This document shows positions 13,576-28,188 of a DNA stretch of 64,000 nt, piece after piece; the first letter of the stretch is position 1; each line of letters starts with the position of its first letter. The notes beneath the pieces are model-generated. The model was not told the DNA's origin and did no database searches. It worked only from the letters and a program-made list of their open reading frames with translations. Origin of the DNA: the human T2T-CHM13v2.0 reference genome, Homo sapiens. The stretch lies in assembly GCF_009914755.1 (NCBI RefSeq), contig NC_060934.1, one strand, 5' to 3'. The position numbers and the translations under genes were made by a program.

Positions 13576-14023
13576 TGACGAAGTGGGTTGAATCGTGTCC
13601 GCAAAAAGATATGTTGAAATCCTACCTGCACCTGTGAATCTGACCTTTTTGGAAACTGATCATTGTAGATGTAATCAAATTAAGAGGAGGTCATACAGGA
13701 AGTAGGATGGGCTTATAATCAATCCAGTATAACTGATATCCTTCTAAAAGGAGAAGAGACACAGAAATACAGAGAAGTAGGCAGAGGTAAAGGTTGGAAC
13801 GATGCGGCTGTAAGCCAAAGAATGCCAGATTGCCAGCAAACCACCAGCATCTAGGAGATGGGTCAGGAACAGTTCAACCTTCTGAGCAATCGAGAAGGAG
13901 CCAACCCTGTACAAATCTTGATTTAGGACTCTTGGCTTCCAGAACTGTGAGATAATATTTTTCCGTTGTTTTAAGACACTCAGTTTATGGTATCTTGCTA
14001 TGGCAGCCCTACAAAATGGATAT
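13576..14023 (+). mobile_element. MLT1 (B/C-type) MaLR solo LTR
   Basis: TGGGTTGAATCGTGTCC..AAAAGATATGTTGAAATCCTA...CTTCCAGAACTGTGAGA...TGGCAGCCCTA. Confidence 0.8.
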
Positions 14024-14867
14024 ATGTGGGAATGAATGGCTATTTTTCTTTCTATTTGAAGTTAAAAGACGAAGCAATCGGAGTTTTAAAGAGAGAAACA
14101 ATTCCTGGAATAGCATTAGGATCATTGGATAACTGTGTCTTGCTCTTTGCTTCTGACGGGCGTCCTCATTTTGTACGTGTGCACACCCATTTTACTAATG
14201 AGTTTCGAGTTGATCTTCAGCGTGGGGCTCCACAGACAATGTGACATATCTCCCAAGCCAGGTAAAATAACATGGAGCAAACATAAACAGATAAAACTAA
14301 AACACAGAATGTAAAGGTAGATTCAAAGTTGTAGCTCACACTTGCATGTCTCTCTGTCCCTTTCTCCCTGTCTTCTTTGTGCTATTTTGCTTTCGAACAA
14401 CCATGGAATGGGATGCCCAATTTTGAGTCATTGTATACAATGAATTCTAAATCAGTTCCTAAAATCTGTTTTATTTTTATGGAAAATTGTTGTGTCTGTG
14501 ACTGCCAACAAAAAGGTTTATTTGCATATTTCAAAAGAATCCTGAAAGCAATTTATTTTTGAATGCATGTTTATATGCATATGCAGGAATGCTATTAAAA
14601 TGTTAAACAACTGATCAACTCAGGTATTAGACTTTCAGAGAAGCCACTGACAGAAACTACGGAAACAGGCATATCTAGGGACGCTGAATGGCTATCAGAC
14701 GTGTTGCACATACGTTAGCCTATGTGCATGTATGTGCATGTATTAGATGTGTTTCAGATTCAACTATAAATGAAATATAGAACTAATGGAATGCTGAGGT
14801 TGTAGTTTATTCTTTCAAAACACCAAATACTGTCTCTAATTTCTTTGCCATTCTGAAAGTTCCTTAA

Positions 14868-15205
<338 letters not shown>

Positions 15206-16941
15206 CTAGACATATTCTCTAGACTGAATGCAGTAGCTCCAAAGGTGATGGCTTAGTAAGTATTGATTCTATGGGAAAAATAATAATTATTTTAAATAAA
15301 ATCTTTATAAAATCATTCTTTCCATTTAGGTTAGTAGGCACTCCAGTCTTGGTACAATTTGGAGGCAGACAGACTATCTTCTGTATTTTAGAATTTCTTT
15401 TTTCAATGTGAGATACTTTCAGAAAAATTTAAGAACAAAATCTGCATGGTGTATATATTTTCAGAGATGTTTTTGTCATTGAGCCCATATGTATTTTAAA
15501 ATATTGAAAGTACAGAAGTATCGATGTCTACTGCCAGCCTCAATGTTCTGCCAAGGTCTTCCTGTCCTCATTGGCTTTTGGGAGGCCAAACAGAAAGCAT
15601 CCCCATGGTCATTCTAGCATCTCTGAACATGAACTTGAGTAATGGTTGTGAGACTCTAGGTTTCCATCTGATCTAAACAGGGCAAACATCAGTCATTTAG
15701 ACAAAGGCATGCTATTCTGATTTACTGTTAATATCTAAATATTAACTACCAAATGCAACTGTAACCTCCAGAAAAAAATCTTCTATGTATTTTATATACA
15801 AAAACCGCTTTGAGCACTTGAAGTATACATATGTATTACTGCTACATGAAAACATGTGCTTATGATAATGTATGTAAAAACTATTAATTGTATATATGTG
15901 CAATTTTAAGAACTTTTATATAGTTAAGTAGGAAAATAGTTAAAGCAATTTAAATATTAAGCCTGCATGGTATATTCCTTTAATGAGACCATTTTAACTT
16001 GCCAAGTTACAATGTTTACAAAAATATTTAAATAAAAATAATAATGCAACATTGAAAAATAAATATCGAGTGAAATCATAATTCTAATCTCTTTAAAATA
16101 TTTGGTATATTGGAATTTATAGCAGAAAACAAAATAACTTTTACTAAGTATATTGAATTCTACATACTTAATATGGATGTTTTTTAAAAAGCCTTCTTCA
16201 AAGGATGTTTCACATTTTATGAGGATGAATTAAAAACATATCAACTGTGACACATCAGATTTTCATCAATGAGGTAAAATTCCAAAATGATTTTTAGTAT
16301 TCATGATAAGTCAGTCTCAAGTAATAAATAACAATGTTATAAGGAATACATACTCATAAAAATATAAAGAAAAGAAGATATGGCAGAGAAAGAGAAAAAG
16401 GAACATATTTTATTCTCTCAATCAATCTTCTTTTAAAGACATTAAAGTTATTCTAAGAAGAATTATTTTTATAATTTTAAGTTTATGAAATAAGTTTTAA
16501 ATTACTGCTATGGATGCCAAATCATTTTTAGTAAAGTGCTTTTTATAATGGTTCAAGCAGTACATCCTCAGCACAAAGTTTCTTCTAAAAAATACTTCTG
16601 AAAATCTTTGCCTGAATTATATTCAGCTGTGCACCAAAAGGCTTATAATATCAATACATGTGCCAGTTGGAACTGAGCCTCTATTTGGGGTTGCAAATGT
16701 GAGAAGCGTGTCGGCGCGAGCAATTCTGCAGCTGACAGGGCTGGGGAATTATCCTTCTTGAACTAAAATATCCAACTTTGGAAATTTGGGTACAAAATTA
16801 TTATGAAATTGCAATGGTAATTATTTTGGGATGATGCAATGTCAGACTCATACTTGTGTACCAGCGACTTATTCTCTCATGGTGATAGTCAACTTCAACC
16901 ATGGCATTAGCTGCCTTTTCCCTTCCCATTGTGCCCTTCAG

Positions 16942-17303
16942 TGAGTCTTAGTCAATTTGCTGTAACAAAATACCATAGATTGTGTGGCTTATACAACAAG
17001 CAGTTACTTCTCACTGTTCTCAACACTAGAAAGTCCAAGTTCAAGGTGCAGGCAGATTTGGTTCCTTGTGAAGGGCTCTCTTTCTACTTTGCAGATGGCC
17101 ACCTTCTAGCTGTGTCCTCACACGGAGGAGAGAGATCATTTATCTCTCTGTGTCTTCTTACAAGGGCGCTAAACCTGTTCATGACAGCCCCAGCCTTATG
17201 ACCTAACTGGGTCTCAAAGGCCCTACCTCCTAATACCATCAAATTAGGGAATAAGGTTTCAACGTAGGAATTTGGGATGGACATAAACATTCAATCTATA
17301 GCA
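16942..17303 (-). mobile_element. MLT1A-type MaLR solo LTR
   Basis: Minus strand starts TGCTATAGATTGAATGTTTATGTCC...GATGGTATTAGGAGGTAGGGCCTTTG. Confidence 0.8.
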
Positions 17304-18029
17304 TAGTGTTAGGACAAAAGACCTATCTTATTTGTCTTCTTAAAAGCAGGAAATTATCACCTGATTTCAGTGTTTTCCCATACAACATTCCACATTCTAG
17401 ACACATTCTCTTGCCCAAATTTAAAGCAAGGGGATAAATAATGTCAAAGTAAAATTTCCATTTAAATTTATTTATTAATTTAAAAACTTTTCTTTCTGTG
17501 TCTTGGGAATAATTTATACCTTCCTATCACAGTATGCTTATAATGTGAAGAAATTATAGGGAAGTAACTAATATAACGTAAACAAGAATATTCTGTAGAT
17601 ATTAGCTCAGTTCCAAAACGAAGCTTCACTTACAAATGAGTTTGTCATATTCCCATTAAGTTTTACAATGTCTGGTAAAGGATATTTGTAGAGGGGAATT
17701 TGTTACAGTACAAATGCAACCAGGAAGTAGAAAGCCCCCCTTCAAAGCTAACATGCTAAACTTGTAGTTTTTATTTCACAATCAGCTTTGCCTTTGCGAT
17801 GAGCCACTGACCATCACCAATTTGTCTTTAGTCAAATCAACCAGATGTTGAATGAATATTTTGCATTGTCTCACCCACTGCATGAGCTTGTATTCAAGTT
17901 ACAACTTTGTTTGTGAAATATAATGTGCAGAGACATGGGCACAATGGGGACAGGGTAAGAGTTGCAAAGGAAACTCCAGTGTAACCTGCTCAAGATAGGT
18001 TGCAATAGCACCAGGACTCCTACCCTGCT

Positions 18030-18580
18030 TCTTTTCCCTGGTTACCAGAACACTTCATTACATTATGAAGACATCTCCCTGGCTTTACCTTAGCTTGCCT
18101 GCCTGTATAAGCATTCCTTATTTTTGCCTGTTTTTTACCTTTATATAAGTGGAATTATATGGTATGTGCCCCTTCATATTTTGATTCTGTCATTCCATAT
18201 TTTGTTTGTCACTTTCAACCAGGTCGCTGCCTGTTCCAGTATCATTGCTGTGTAGTATTTCATTATTTGAATTTTCTGTAATTTATGTATCTATTCCACA
18301 ATGTTTGTACATCAAGGGTTGTTGAGCATTAGCCTTGCTGATGCAAATGCTCTTCTGCGTGTATCTGGCTGCACAAGGTCAAGAGTGTGTCTAGGGTCCA
18401 AACCAAGGATGGAATCGCTTGGACAAGAGCGATTGGGCAAGAGTGAATCTTATTAGTTCTAGATAGTAACCAGATGTTTTCTCCAGTGACTATGCCAGTT
18501 TGCGTTCCCCTCAGTGGTGTGTGAAAGTGTTCATTGTTCCACGTCTTTGCACACTTTTGGTATTGCCAGTTTTAAAAATT
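18030..18580 (-). mobile_element. Old L1M (L1ME/MC-like) 3' fragment
   Basis: TTTATATAAGTGGAATTATATGGTATGTG...CATTGCTGTGTAGTATTTCATT...CACTTTTGGTATTGCCAGTTTT are typical antisense L1M 3'UTR motifs. Confidence 0.6.
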
Positions 18581-18679
18581 AATCTCACATCCAGGAATCC
18601 TGGTCATGGACAATTTTAACTGAGTTAACTTAAAAAGAAATTGGCACTTCTGGAAATTAGAAACAATGATAAGAATAAC

Positions 18680-18739
18680 ATTGCGCCACTGCACTCCAGC
18701 CTGGGGGACACAGCGAGACTCCATCTCAAAAAAAAAAAA
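18680..18739 (+). mobile_element. Alu 3'-terminal fragment (~60 bp) within a MIR
   Basis: ATTGCGCCACTGCACTCCAGCCTGGGGGACACAGCGAGACTCCATCTC plus poly-A. Confidence 0.9.
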
Positions 18740-18880
18740 TGTTTATTGTGAGAAGTAAATAATTAAATAAAATTATGTAAAGTGCTTAGAGCAAGGCCTG
18801 GAATGTAGTAAGTGACAAAATTATGTAGAGTGTTTAGAGCAAGACCTAGCACGTAGTAAATGCCCAGTAAATATAAGTAT
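18740..18880 (+). mobile_element. MIR 3' part with an internal 48-bp tandem duplication
   Basis: ATGTAAAGTGCTTAGAGCAAGGCCTGGAATGTAGTAAGTG is the MIR tail motif, present twice (18769-18816 and 18817-18864). Confidence 0.75.
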
Positions 18881-18985
18881 CAATAAGTGGTTTCTGTAAT
18901 AAATGAGTCATACTACAATAAATTTTCAAAATGAAAAAAAAGTAGACAATAAATTATGCAGGTATTTACATAGAGAGCAGCATGT

Positions 18986-19290
18986 TGGCGGGGCATGGTG
19001 GCTCATGCCTGAAGTGCCAGCACTCTGGGAGGCCGAAGTGAGTGGACTGCTTGAGCCCAAGAGTTCAAGATCAGCCTGGGCAACACAGTGCGGCCCCATC
19101 TATACAAAAAATACAAAAATTAAAAATTAGCCAGGCGTGGTGGTGCACACCTGTAGTCCCAGGTACTTGGAGGTACTTGGGAGGCTGAGGTGGGGAGGAT
19201 TGCTTGAGCCTGGGAGGTTCAGGCAGCAGTGATCTGTGATTGCACGACTGCACTCCAGCCTGGGGGACAGAGTGAGATCTTGTCTCAAGA
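18986..19290 (+). mobile_element. AluJ, full length
   Basis: TGCTTGAGCCCAAGAGTTC and GAGGATTGCTTGAGCCTGGGAGG are J diagnostics. Small internal duplication GGTACTTGGA/GGTACTTGGG. Confidence 0.92.
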
Positions 19291-19385
19291 AAGAAAATAG
19301 AGGAGAAGAGAGGAGAGGAGAGGAGAAGAAAGGAGAAGGGAAAAGAAGAGAAAACAAAAGAAAAGAAAACAAAAAAGAAAAAAAG
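19287..19385 (+). repeat. Purine-rich (GAGAG/GAAAA) low-complexity tract derived from the Alu tail
   Basis: About 100 bp almost entirely A/G. Confidence 0.9.
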
Positions 19386-20056
19386 ACCAGCGGTGTGGCA
19401 GTGGGGGAGAGCAGTGCAACAGCTGGGAGGGAAGCTTCTTAGGGTAGATGGGGCTTAGTTCCACTTTATAAACAGGTTTTCTATAGGGGAGATAGGACAC
19501 TCCAAGCTGGAGTAAAAATATGAGCAACTGTATTTGGGGACATCTGTTCATTATTCAAGACAAGAATGCCACTTCTAAGATTTGCTTCGTGATCATCTAA
19601 CACATTGGCTGAGCATATATTTGGCTGTCAATTTCATGATATCTGTTTTTGGTGGTGAGGGGGATTCTAAGCAATCACTGCCAGTGAAATTCTCTTCCAA
19701 GTGTAACAATCAGGAAGCCAGTTGTTGGGTGTACTGAAGCTAGGTTTGAGTCCTCCTTATTTGTCAAGAACTAATAAAGTACATGATAAACCCTGCAAAT
19801 GAATTGCAACATCAGAGTCCATGCTGCAGATACAGCATTTCGACACTTTCAGGTGCCATCAATTATTTCCCCAGATTTTGGAATAAATTACATATTGGCC
19901 TCATGTTTTAAACCCACGAGGTTAAAGCAAGTATTCAGGTATAAATAAAACTGGTTACTTATTAAAATGTGCTTATTTTGTGTTAATGTTTCAATTGTGA
20001 AATGTAAATTCACAAGGACACTTTTTTGTCTGCAATGTTCTCTACTTTGGCCCTAG

Positions 20057-20570
<514 letters not shown>

Positions 20571-20589
20571 GCTTATCCACCTTTCTACT

Positions 20590-21410
20590 GCCTACCATTC
20601 ACCAACTTGGGACTCCACCTCAGATCTTCCTATTTTTAAGCTCTGGCTTCCTTTCACTGTCTTCAATACTATTCAAGTCCTGATTACTGTTGATTTCTAT
20701 ACACATAGAAATAATCTTAGCAAAACCTGGACCTCTAATTTTTCAAAACTTCTTTCCTCAAAGATATCCATCCTCCACCTCCTCCACCCCTTCGCCTCTA
20801 AGTTTATATCCTAGGCCTGTCATTAACGATAATTCCAGCCCCTCCACAGTCTTTGGTTTCCGCATCCCAATTCCTTGACTGCCGCTTCTTTAGCTCATTC
20901 TGCTCTAGTGTCTCCATGGCAACAGTCATCCTTTGTCTTTCAAAGACCTCACTCTCTTTATGTTACCACATTTGTGGTCCTCCTCTCCTTGTCACGCATG
21001 TCCTCATCTCCTTTCTCATCCTGCTTGAATTCCATACCAAGTCCTTGTAGTCACACCTCTGCATCCAGCCTAAGCCCTCCTGCCACTCTCCTTCAACATG
21101 TTTGCTGGATGAAAACCACCCTGCTTCAAGTCTGCTCCCTACTCACTTTGTATCTGCACCTAGGCATTTAATACAGCTGGAGAAAAATCTGCAACCTGGC
21201 CAAGTGATCTCATCTCAAATTCATGACCATAAACTGCAGGTATATGGAAGGTTGCCCAATGTTTATCATATGTTTCCTGAGTGCATTCAATTTCTCACTC
21301 TTCTACCCAACATTTGATAACTTTTTTCTTTCTATCCAAACACCAAGCACCTTATTTCCCAATCTAAACTAATTCCTTGTTTTCTATTTCAATAGAAAAA
21401 AATAACATTT
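20590..21410. mobile_element. Degraded L2 LINE fragment
   Basis: Pyrimidine-rich L2-like motifs (CTGGATGAAAACCACCCTGC, GCTGGAGAAAA, TTCTATTTCAATAGAAAAAA). Confidence 0.45.
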
Positions 21411-21730
21411 TAAAAGACTAAAATAAAGACTCAAAGTAGAATATCCAGAAGTTCATACCACCATATACACCTAACTACTAGGATATTATCCATGTATCTG
21501 CCTCCCATTCTATTACTAAAGAATATTAAAGAATTCCTTCTAATGGATATATAGCGAAATCTCATTGTGGTTTTAATTTTCATCTCTATAATGACTATCA
21601 ATGTTGTGTGTCTTTTTATGTGCCTATTTGCCATCTTAACAGTATCTTTCCAAGCACCTTAAGTTCTTAGTTCTGCTGAAGTCTAATTTATCATTTTTAA
21701 ATATTTTTGTGGATTATGCTTTTGATTTAA

Positions 21731-21870
21731 TATTTTATTCATTTATTTTTTGTTGAGAAAGAGTCTCACGATATTGCCCAGCCTGGTCTTGAATTCTGGG
21801 CCTTAAGCAATCCTCCTGCTTTGGCCTCCCAAAGTGCTGGGATTGCAGTTGTGAGATACCACACCCAGCC
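21731..21870 (-). mobile_element. FLAM_C / Alu left monomer
   Basis: Single Alu arm. Target-site duplication TGCTTTTGATTTAA (21717-21730) / TGCTTTTGATCTAA (21871-21884). Confidence 0.88.
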
Positions 21871-22659
21871 TGCTTTTGATCTAACATCTAACAAATTTTT
21901 GCCTACCCTAAGAAAACCTCGAGTTCCTTTTATGTTGTAGTCTAGAAATTTTACAGTTCTAGGTTTATGTAGGCCTACGACATGTTTTGAATTAATCTAT
22001 GATTTTTTAAAATTTCTTTTTTCCTCCATATGGATATTCAATTGCTACAACATCATTTGTTGAAGACACTGTCATTTTCCCGCTATATTGCTTTTGTACT
22101 TTTGTCAAAATTAAATTCACCATATTTATGTAGATCTGTTTTTGGACTCTGCTCTGATTCATTGATCTATTAGCCTATCCTCTGAAAAATCTGTTTTTTT
22201 CTTGTACTGTCTTGAGTACAATAGCTGTATAATAATTTTTGAGTTCACTTTTCTTCTTTGTCTTATTCAAAATTGTTCTGACTATTCCAAGCCCTTTGCA
22301 TTTTTACATGAATTTGAAAATCAGCTTGTCAATCTCTACCAAAACATTAAAAAAATCCCTGCAGAAATTTTGATTGAGATTTCATTGAACCTATAGGTGA
22401 ATTTTGGGAGAATTGATATCGTAACAATATTAAGTCTTTCAATCTATGAACGCAGTGTGTCTATCCATTTATTTAGGTCTTCTTTAATATTTCAGCAGTG
22501 CTTGCGAGCTTCAGGATACAGCGTTCATATATCTATTATTAGATTTATATCTAAGTGATCCATAGTTTTGATTCTACTGTCATGAAATTGTTTTTAGAAT
22601 TTCCATTTCTGAAAGTTTACTCCTAGTATTTGGAATTTGGAAATACAATAGATTTTTTC

Positions 22660-23920
22660 AATATTTTTATTGTGGTAAAATACACATAACATAAAATTTA
22701 CCGTCTTATTCATTTTTGTGTATAGTTCTGTGGAATCAAGTACATTCATATTGTTGTGCAACTATCACCGCCATTTATCTCCAGGACTTTTTTCATTTTC
22801 CAAAGCTGAAACGCTGCACTCATTAAACCATAACTTTGCATTCTCTTTCTTTTCAGCCCCTGACAACCACTATTCTACTTTGTTTCTATGATTTTAACTA
22901 CACTAAGTACCTCTTATAAGTGGATAATACATTTATCTTTTTATGTCTAGCTTATTTCACTTAGCATAATGTCCTTAAGATTCATCCATGTTATAGCATG
23001 TGTCGATATATCCTTCCTATTTAATGCTGAATTACAGCCTATTGTGTGTGTGTCACATTTTGCTTAATTATTCATCTATCCTTGGGTTTCTTCCAAGTTT
23101 TAGCTACTGTGAATAATGATGCTCTGAGCATGGGTGTACAAATATATCTTTGAGATCCAACTTTCTATTCTTTTGGGTCTATACCCAAAAGTATAATTTC
23201 TGAATCATATGGTAAATCTATTTTTAATATTTTAAGAAAGCATCTGATATGGTTTGGATTTTTGTCTTCACTCAAATCTCATGTCGAATTGTAATCCCCA
23301 GTGTTGGAGGAGGAGGGGCCTAGTGGGAGGCGATTGGATCATGGGGGCAGATTTTCCAGTTGCTGTTCTCATGATAATGAGAAAGTTCTCATGAGCTTTG
23401 GTTGTTTAAAAGTGTGTAGCACCTCCCCCTTCACCCTGTTCCTCCTGCTCCAGCCATGTAGGATGTGCCTGTGTTCTCTTTGCCTTCCACCATGATTGTA
23501 AGTTTCCTGAGGCCTCCCAACCCATGCTTCTTGTACAGCCTGTGGAACATGAGCCGATTAAATCTCTTTTCTTTATAAATTACGCAGCCTCAGGTAGTTG
23601 TTTATAGCAATGCAAGAATGGGCTAATACACCACCATACTGTTACCCATAGTGGCTGGACCATGATCATTCCCACCAATATTACACAAGGGTTCCAATTT
23701 CTCCAGACCCAGATCCAGATCCATACCAATACTTTTTATTTTTTGTTTATTTATATATTTTTTATATAATAGTCATCCTCTTGGATGTGAACTGGTATCC
23801 CATGGTGGTTTTGATTTGCATTTCTCTAGTGATTAGTGATGTTGAATAGCTTTTCATGTGCTTATTGACCATGTCTTCTTTGGTGAAATAGCTATTCAAA
23901 CTTTTTGCCCATTTTTGAAG
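22660..23920 (-). mobile_element. L1MB-type 3' end, split by an MST LTR
   Basis: TTTTATTGTGGTAAAATACACATAACATAAAATTTACC start. Continues through ATTTCACTTAGCATAATGTCC and resumes after 23630 (CCATACTGTT...GTTTTGATTTGCATTTCTCT). Confidence 0.8.
23245..23630 (+). mobile_element. MSTA-type MaLR solo LTR
   Basis: TGATATGGTTTGGAT...CAAATCTCATGTCGAATTGTAATCCCCAGTGTTGGAGG...GATTGTAAGTTTCCTGAGGCCTCCC...CTAATACA. Confidence 0.9.
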
Positions 23921-26622
23921 TTTCTTCCTATTGCTAGTTTGCTGAGAATTTTTATCAATACTGGTTTCGAATCTAGTGAGATGATCCTATGTTTTTTCTT
24001 TATTAGTCTGTTCATATAGTGACATATAGATTGATTATTCAAATGTTCAGCCAATTTGAATTCTTAGGATAAATGCCACTTGAATATCATGCATTATCCC
24101 TTTTGTATTATATTTACATTTAATTTACTAGATTTGGTTAAGAATTTTTGTATTTGTAATTGATGAAAGACATTGATCAATAGTTTTATTTCCTTAGAGT
24201 GTTTTTTGTTTGGCTTCAGACTCTTGGTTTCAATCTCCAGATAATCAGTGTGATGTTTTTTTATATTTTGCATGTCTCTAGTTAGCATCCTCACTCTTTT
24301 CTCCAGCTTCTTGAGCATATGGAATACAATTATGGTCATATAGTGTTTTAATAGCCTATCATCAGTGTCATTTTTACATCTCTATCTACTGATAGATTTT
24401 TCTCCTCCATATGGGCCAGATTGTCCTCCTTCTTTGCATGGCCAGTATTTTTCACTGGATATCAGGCATTGTGAACTTTACTTTATTGGGTGCTATATAT
24501 TTATTCTTATAGTATCCTTGACTGTTGTTCTAGAATGCACATCAGTTACATGGAAACAGTTGGATCCTTTTGTGGTCTTATTCCAGGCTCTATGATATGG
24601 GATGAGGCAACTGTTAGTCTAGTAAAATTTCACTCTGCTGCTGAGGCCATACGTTTCTGAAAGCTTTTTCTGAAGTCCATGGAGTAGGAAGCTTTCTGCT
24701 CTGGCTGGTGGGAACACAATCTATTCCTGAGACTGTGTCAGCCCCAGAGCTTGCTTTTTTTTTTTTTTTTTTGCTCCCTTTAGTTGGGTCTCTGCCTTCT
24801 TTTGCATAGTTTTCTCACATTTACAAGCTCATCAACACTCATGTAAAGACACAAGGGAGCCTCTGCTGATCTTGCAGCCTCTTGTGAACTGCTCTCTCCT
24901 CTTCCTGACTCTGCCCTACAGACTTCAGGCCTCCTGCAACCTCAGCCCTATATCCCCAATGCAGGGACATGGCTGAGCTCTGCTTGGATTCCCCTGCACT
25001 GCTCTGTGGCCAAGAGACGAACCCCGTGAAGAAACCAGGCCAACCTCAGTGCTCACCGGATCTGCTTCTCTCTTTCAGGGAACATTTTCATTTATTTTAC
25101 TAATGTCCAGCATTCATGTATGCTGTTAGGTTTTTAAGTTGTTTCTGGAAACTGAGGCAAGTCTGGTCCTTGTTACTCCATCTTTGCCAAAAGTGGAATC
25201 GTTCAGCTGATTTAATATTAAATTTATTCTAGGACTCAATTTTTTACCTCTAACTAAAGCCTATCATACTGATGATATTGCCTGCATCTATGAGTTTTTA
25301 AACCCTTAATTTTGTTCTTCCCAGCTTAGGCACAGGTGGCTGAGAAACAGACCGTATTTGCATATAGGATGTTCTTCCGGCAACTTTGTTGCTGACTTGT
25401 TTCCTCCAGAATTGTCCTTAGAGCAGCCTCACCTGCACAACATTGTCATTGAATAGTTTTCTTTTTTTCCTGAGGTCAATAGAGCCAATTTCAGCATTAT
25501 CATTAGCAAAGTTTGTCCCATTCATCATGGTCTGTGTTTTAGAAAGGGGTATCAGCTCTCCAGCACACATAGTCTTTCAATCGTTTCATGTTAACACGAT
25601 TGGTGCAGTTTTAATTATTTTCTTGTTTGTCTTTTTAAACTAGGAGTTTAAAATGACCTATTAAAATGAGGTGTAATTATACTACCAAACCCTTATTTTT
25701 CACTTGCTTTGACTTACTTATTGATTATCAATTTGGGTGAGAATGAAGAATTCTATATTTGAAAGTGTTGCAGACTCATGAGAAAATGTATTTTTTTATT
25801 CTGTCAGTACTTACACGATATCCTTTGGGAATTACTTAGTAATCATATAAGCTTTCGGACTTATATTGAAAATGGATGACTTAGAAAAAGATAACTTGAA
25901 AACCGTCTCATTGTTGTATTCTTTCCTCCTGCTTGTGAAGGTGAACTTATTTTGGAATGAATTAGTAGTGTGCTGTCATTAAATGTGAGTATCTGCCCTG
26001 TTAATCATCCTTCCCAAGTCTAGCAGCATTCTGGCAAAACCGTTGTTGAGGATGAAAAATCATAAGTCATCCACTTTGAAGGCTTCACAGCTTTAATAAA
26101 TGTGATGTGTCAGCTACTTCATTTCTGAGGGATTTTTTTCCTATAATTTTCTCAGAAGGAGTCAAGTTATAAAAGAGCCTACTTTCATGCAAATAAATTG
26201 CACGTTCTGGCTCAGGTTGCCCTGATAAATTTTACACTTAATAAATAATAAATGAAGATACAAGAATGAAGAAGTGTTAAAGAGACAGCACTTTACTCCT
26301 AGAAAGAGATTTTTGCTGAGAGAGCTGGCCTCAGTTTCTGGCGGGTGGCTAGGAATCTGACATACAACAATAACAACAACTGTGATTTGTTTTAGAAAAT
26401 GATTTATGTAATAAATATCCCCAGTCCCGTTTTCTTTCTTTAGTAATAGCTATATTTAGTTCATTTTAAATGGAATGATTTAACACTGAATGTAAAACAC
26501 ATGGTTGGATGCCTTAGGAGACAGAATACAGAATTCTTATAAATTTTTTTCATTAGTATACTAGCCTTTAGTTCAAGGGAAACAGCTATTTAAACAGCTC
26601 ATAGTGTTTAATTAAGAGTTGT

Positions 26623-26954
<332 letters not shown>

Positions 26955-27895
26955 TCATAGTCTAGACATTCTTTAGAATACTTACGTGTGTTTTCTACCT
27001 GTTACATAAAAAAAACCTATTAAAATGGTACAGTTTTATTTTAATATCCAGTAGATTCTCACAAATATATTTGGATATTTTACTGAATGGATACAAATCC
27101 CTTACCAGTGATATTTTCCTGTAGAAGGATAATCGTTTGAATTAAATAGAAGCTCACTCTTCAATCATTCTGTACTCTGAAGCTTTCGGATGCTACTTCT
27201 AAAGGTTGCCAATTAAAGCTTTCAGATTGTTTAAAATATCTCCTTTTTCTAAGGATTTTCCTGACTTGGTAAGGAGAGGAGGATAAAATTCAATATTTTC
27301 AAGTCCCCTCTGATGGGATGTTAGAAAGTGACAGATGGCAGGTCACTTCAATAATGTTCAACATGGCTTGGTTACAAAATGTCAGGAATTGAGCTGTGTA
27401 GTTTTGTATTTTTTATGATTTCTTGTTTAAGACTTCCCTGAGCTGTGTCTTTTCTTTTTCCTTTGCTTTTATGATTCCTTTTGAGTACTCCAAAGTAGAG
27501 TCAGAAGTTAAACTCCCTTGTCACAGTGAGAGGGGATGTATTAGTCTCCAATGACTGCCATAGCAAATTACCACCAACTGGGTGGCTGAGAACAGCAGCG
27601 GTGTATTCCCTCACAGTTCTGGAAGCCAGAAGCCTGGAATCAGCGTGTCAGCAGTGTCACGCACTTTCTGGTGCTGTGTTGAATCTGTCCTTGCCTCCTC
27701 CTTGCTACTGGCCATCAGTCCTTGGTTTGCAGCTACATTACTGTAATCTCTGCCTCCGTCATCATATGCTATCTCCCTGTGTCTCTGACTCGGCATTTCC
27801 CTTATTTACTAGGACATGAGCCATCCTGGATTAGGGTCCACCCCGATGACCTCATCTTAACTTGATCACATGCTGTGAGGATCCTATTTCCATAA

Positions 27896-28015
27896 CCAGT
27901 GGGTACCAGGCTTAATACCTGGGTGACAAAATAATCTGTACAACAAACCTCTATGACACAAGTTTACCTGTATAACAAACCTGCACATGTACCCCTGAAC
28001 CTAAAATAAAAGAAA
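27896..28015 (+). mobile_element. Older L1PA 3' end
   Basis: TACCTGGGTGACAAAATAATCTGTACAACAAACC...AACAAACCTGCACATGTACCCCTGAACCTAAAATAAAAG. Confidence 0.85.
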
Positions 28016-28021
28016 TAGATA

Positions 28022-28188
28022 TTTAGCTAAGGGTGGTGGTGCCAACCTTTGATTTCAGCTACTCGGGAGGCTGAGGTGGGAGGATCCTTTGGGCCCCAGC
28101 ATTCGAAGCTGTGATGAGCTATGATTGCACCACTGCACTCCAGCCTGGGCAACAGAGTGAGACTTTGTCTCAAAAAATAAATAAATAA
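28022..28188 (+). mobile_element. AluJ right arm / FRAM
   Basis: CAGCTACTCGGGAGGCTGAGGTGGGAGGATC...GAGCTATGATTGCACCACTGCACTCCAGCCTGGG plus (AAAT)n tail. Confidence 0.9.

Larger units (their letters stand above)
21440..25195 (-). mobile_element. Composite old L1M region hosting FLAM, L1MB and MST insertions
   Basis: Antisense L1 ORF2/3'UTR motifs (CTCATTGTGGTTTTAATTT, CATCATTTGTTGAAGAC, TTTTGATTGAGATTTCATTGAACCTATAG, TATCCATTTATTTAGGTCTTC, TTGCTGAGAATTTTTATCA). Confidence 0.75.
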
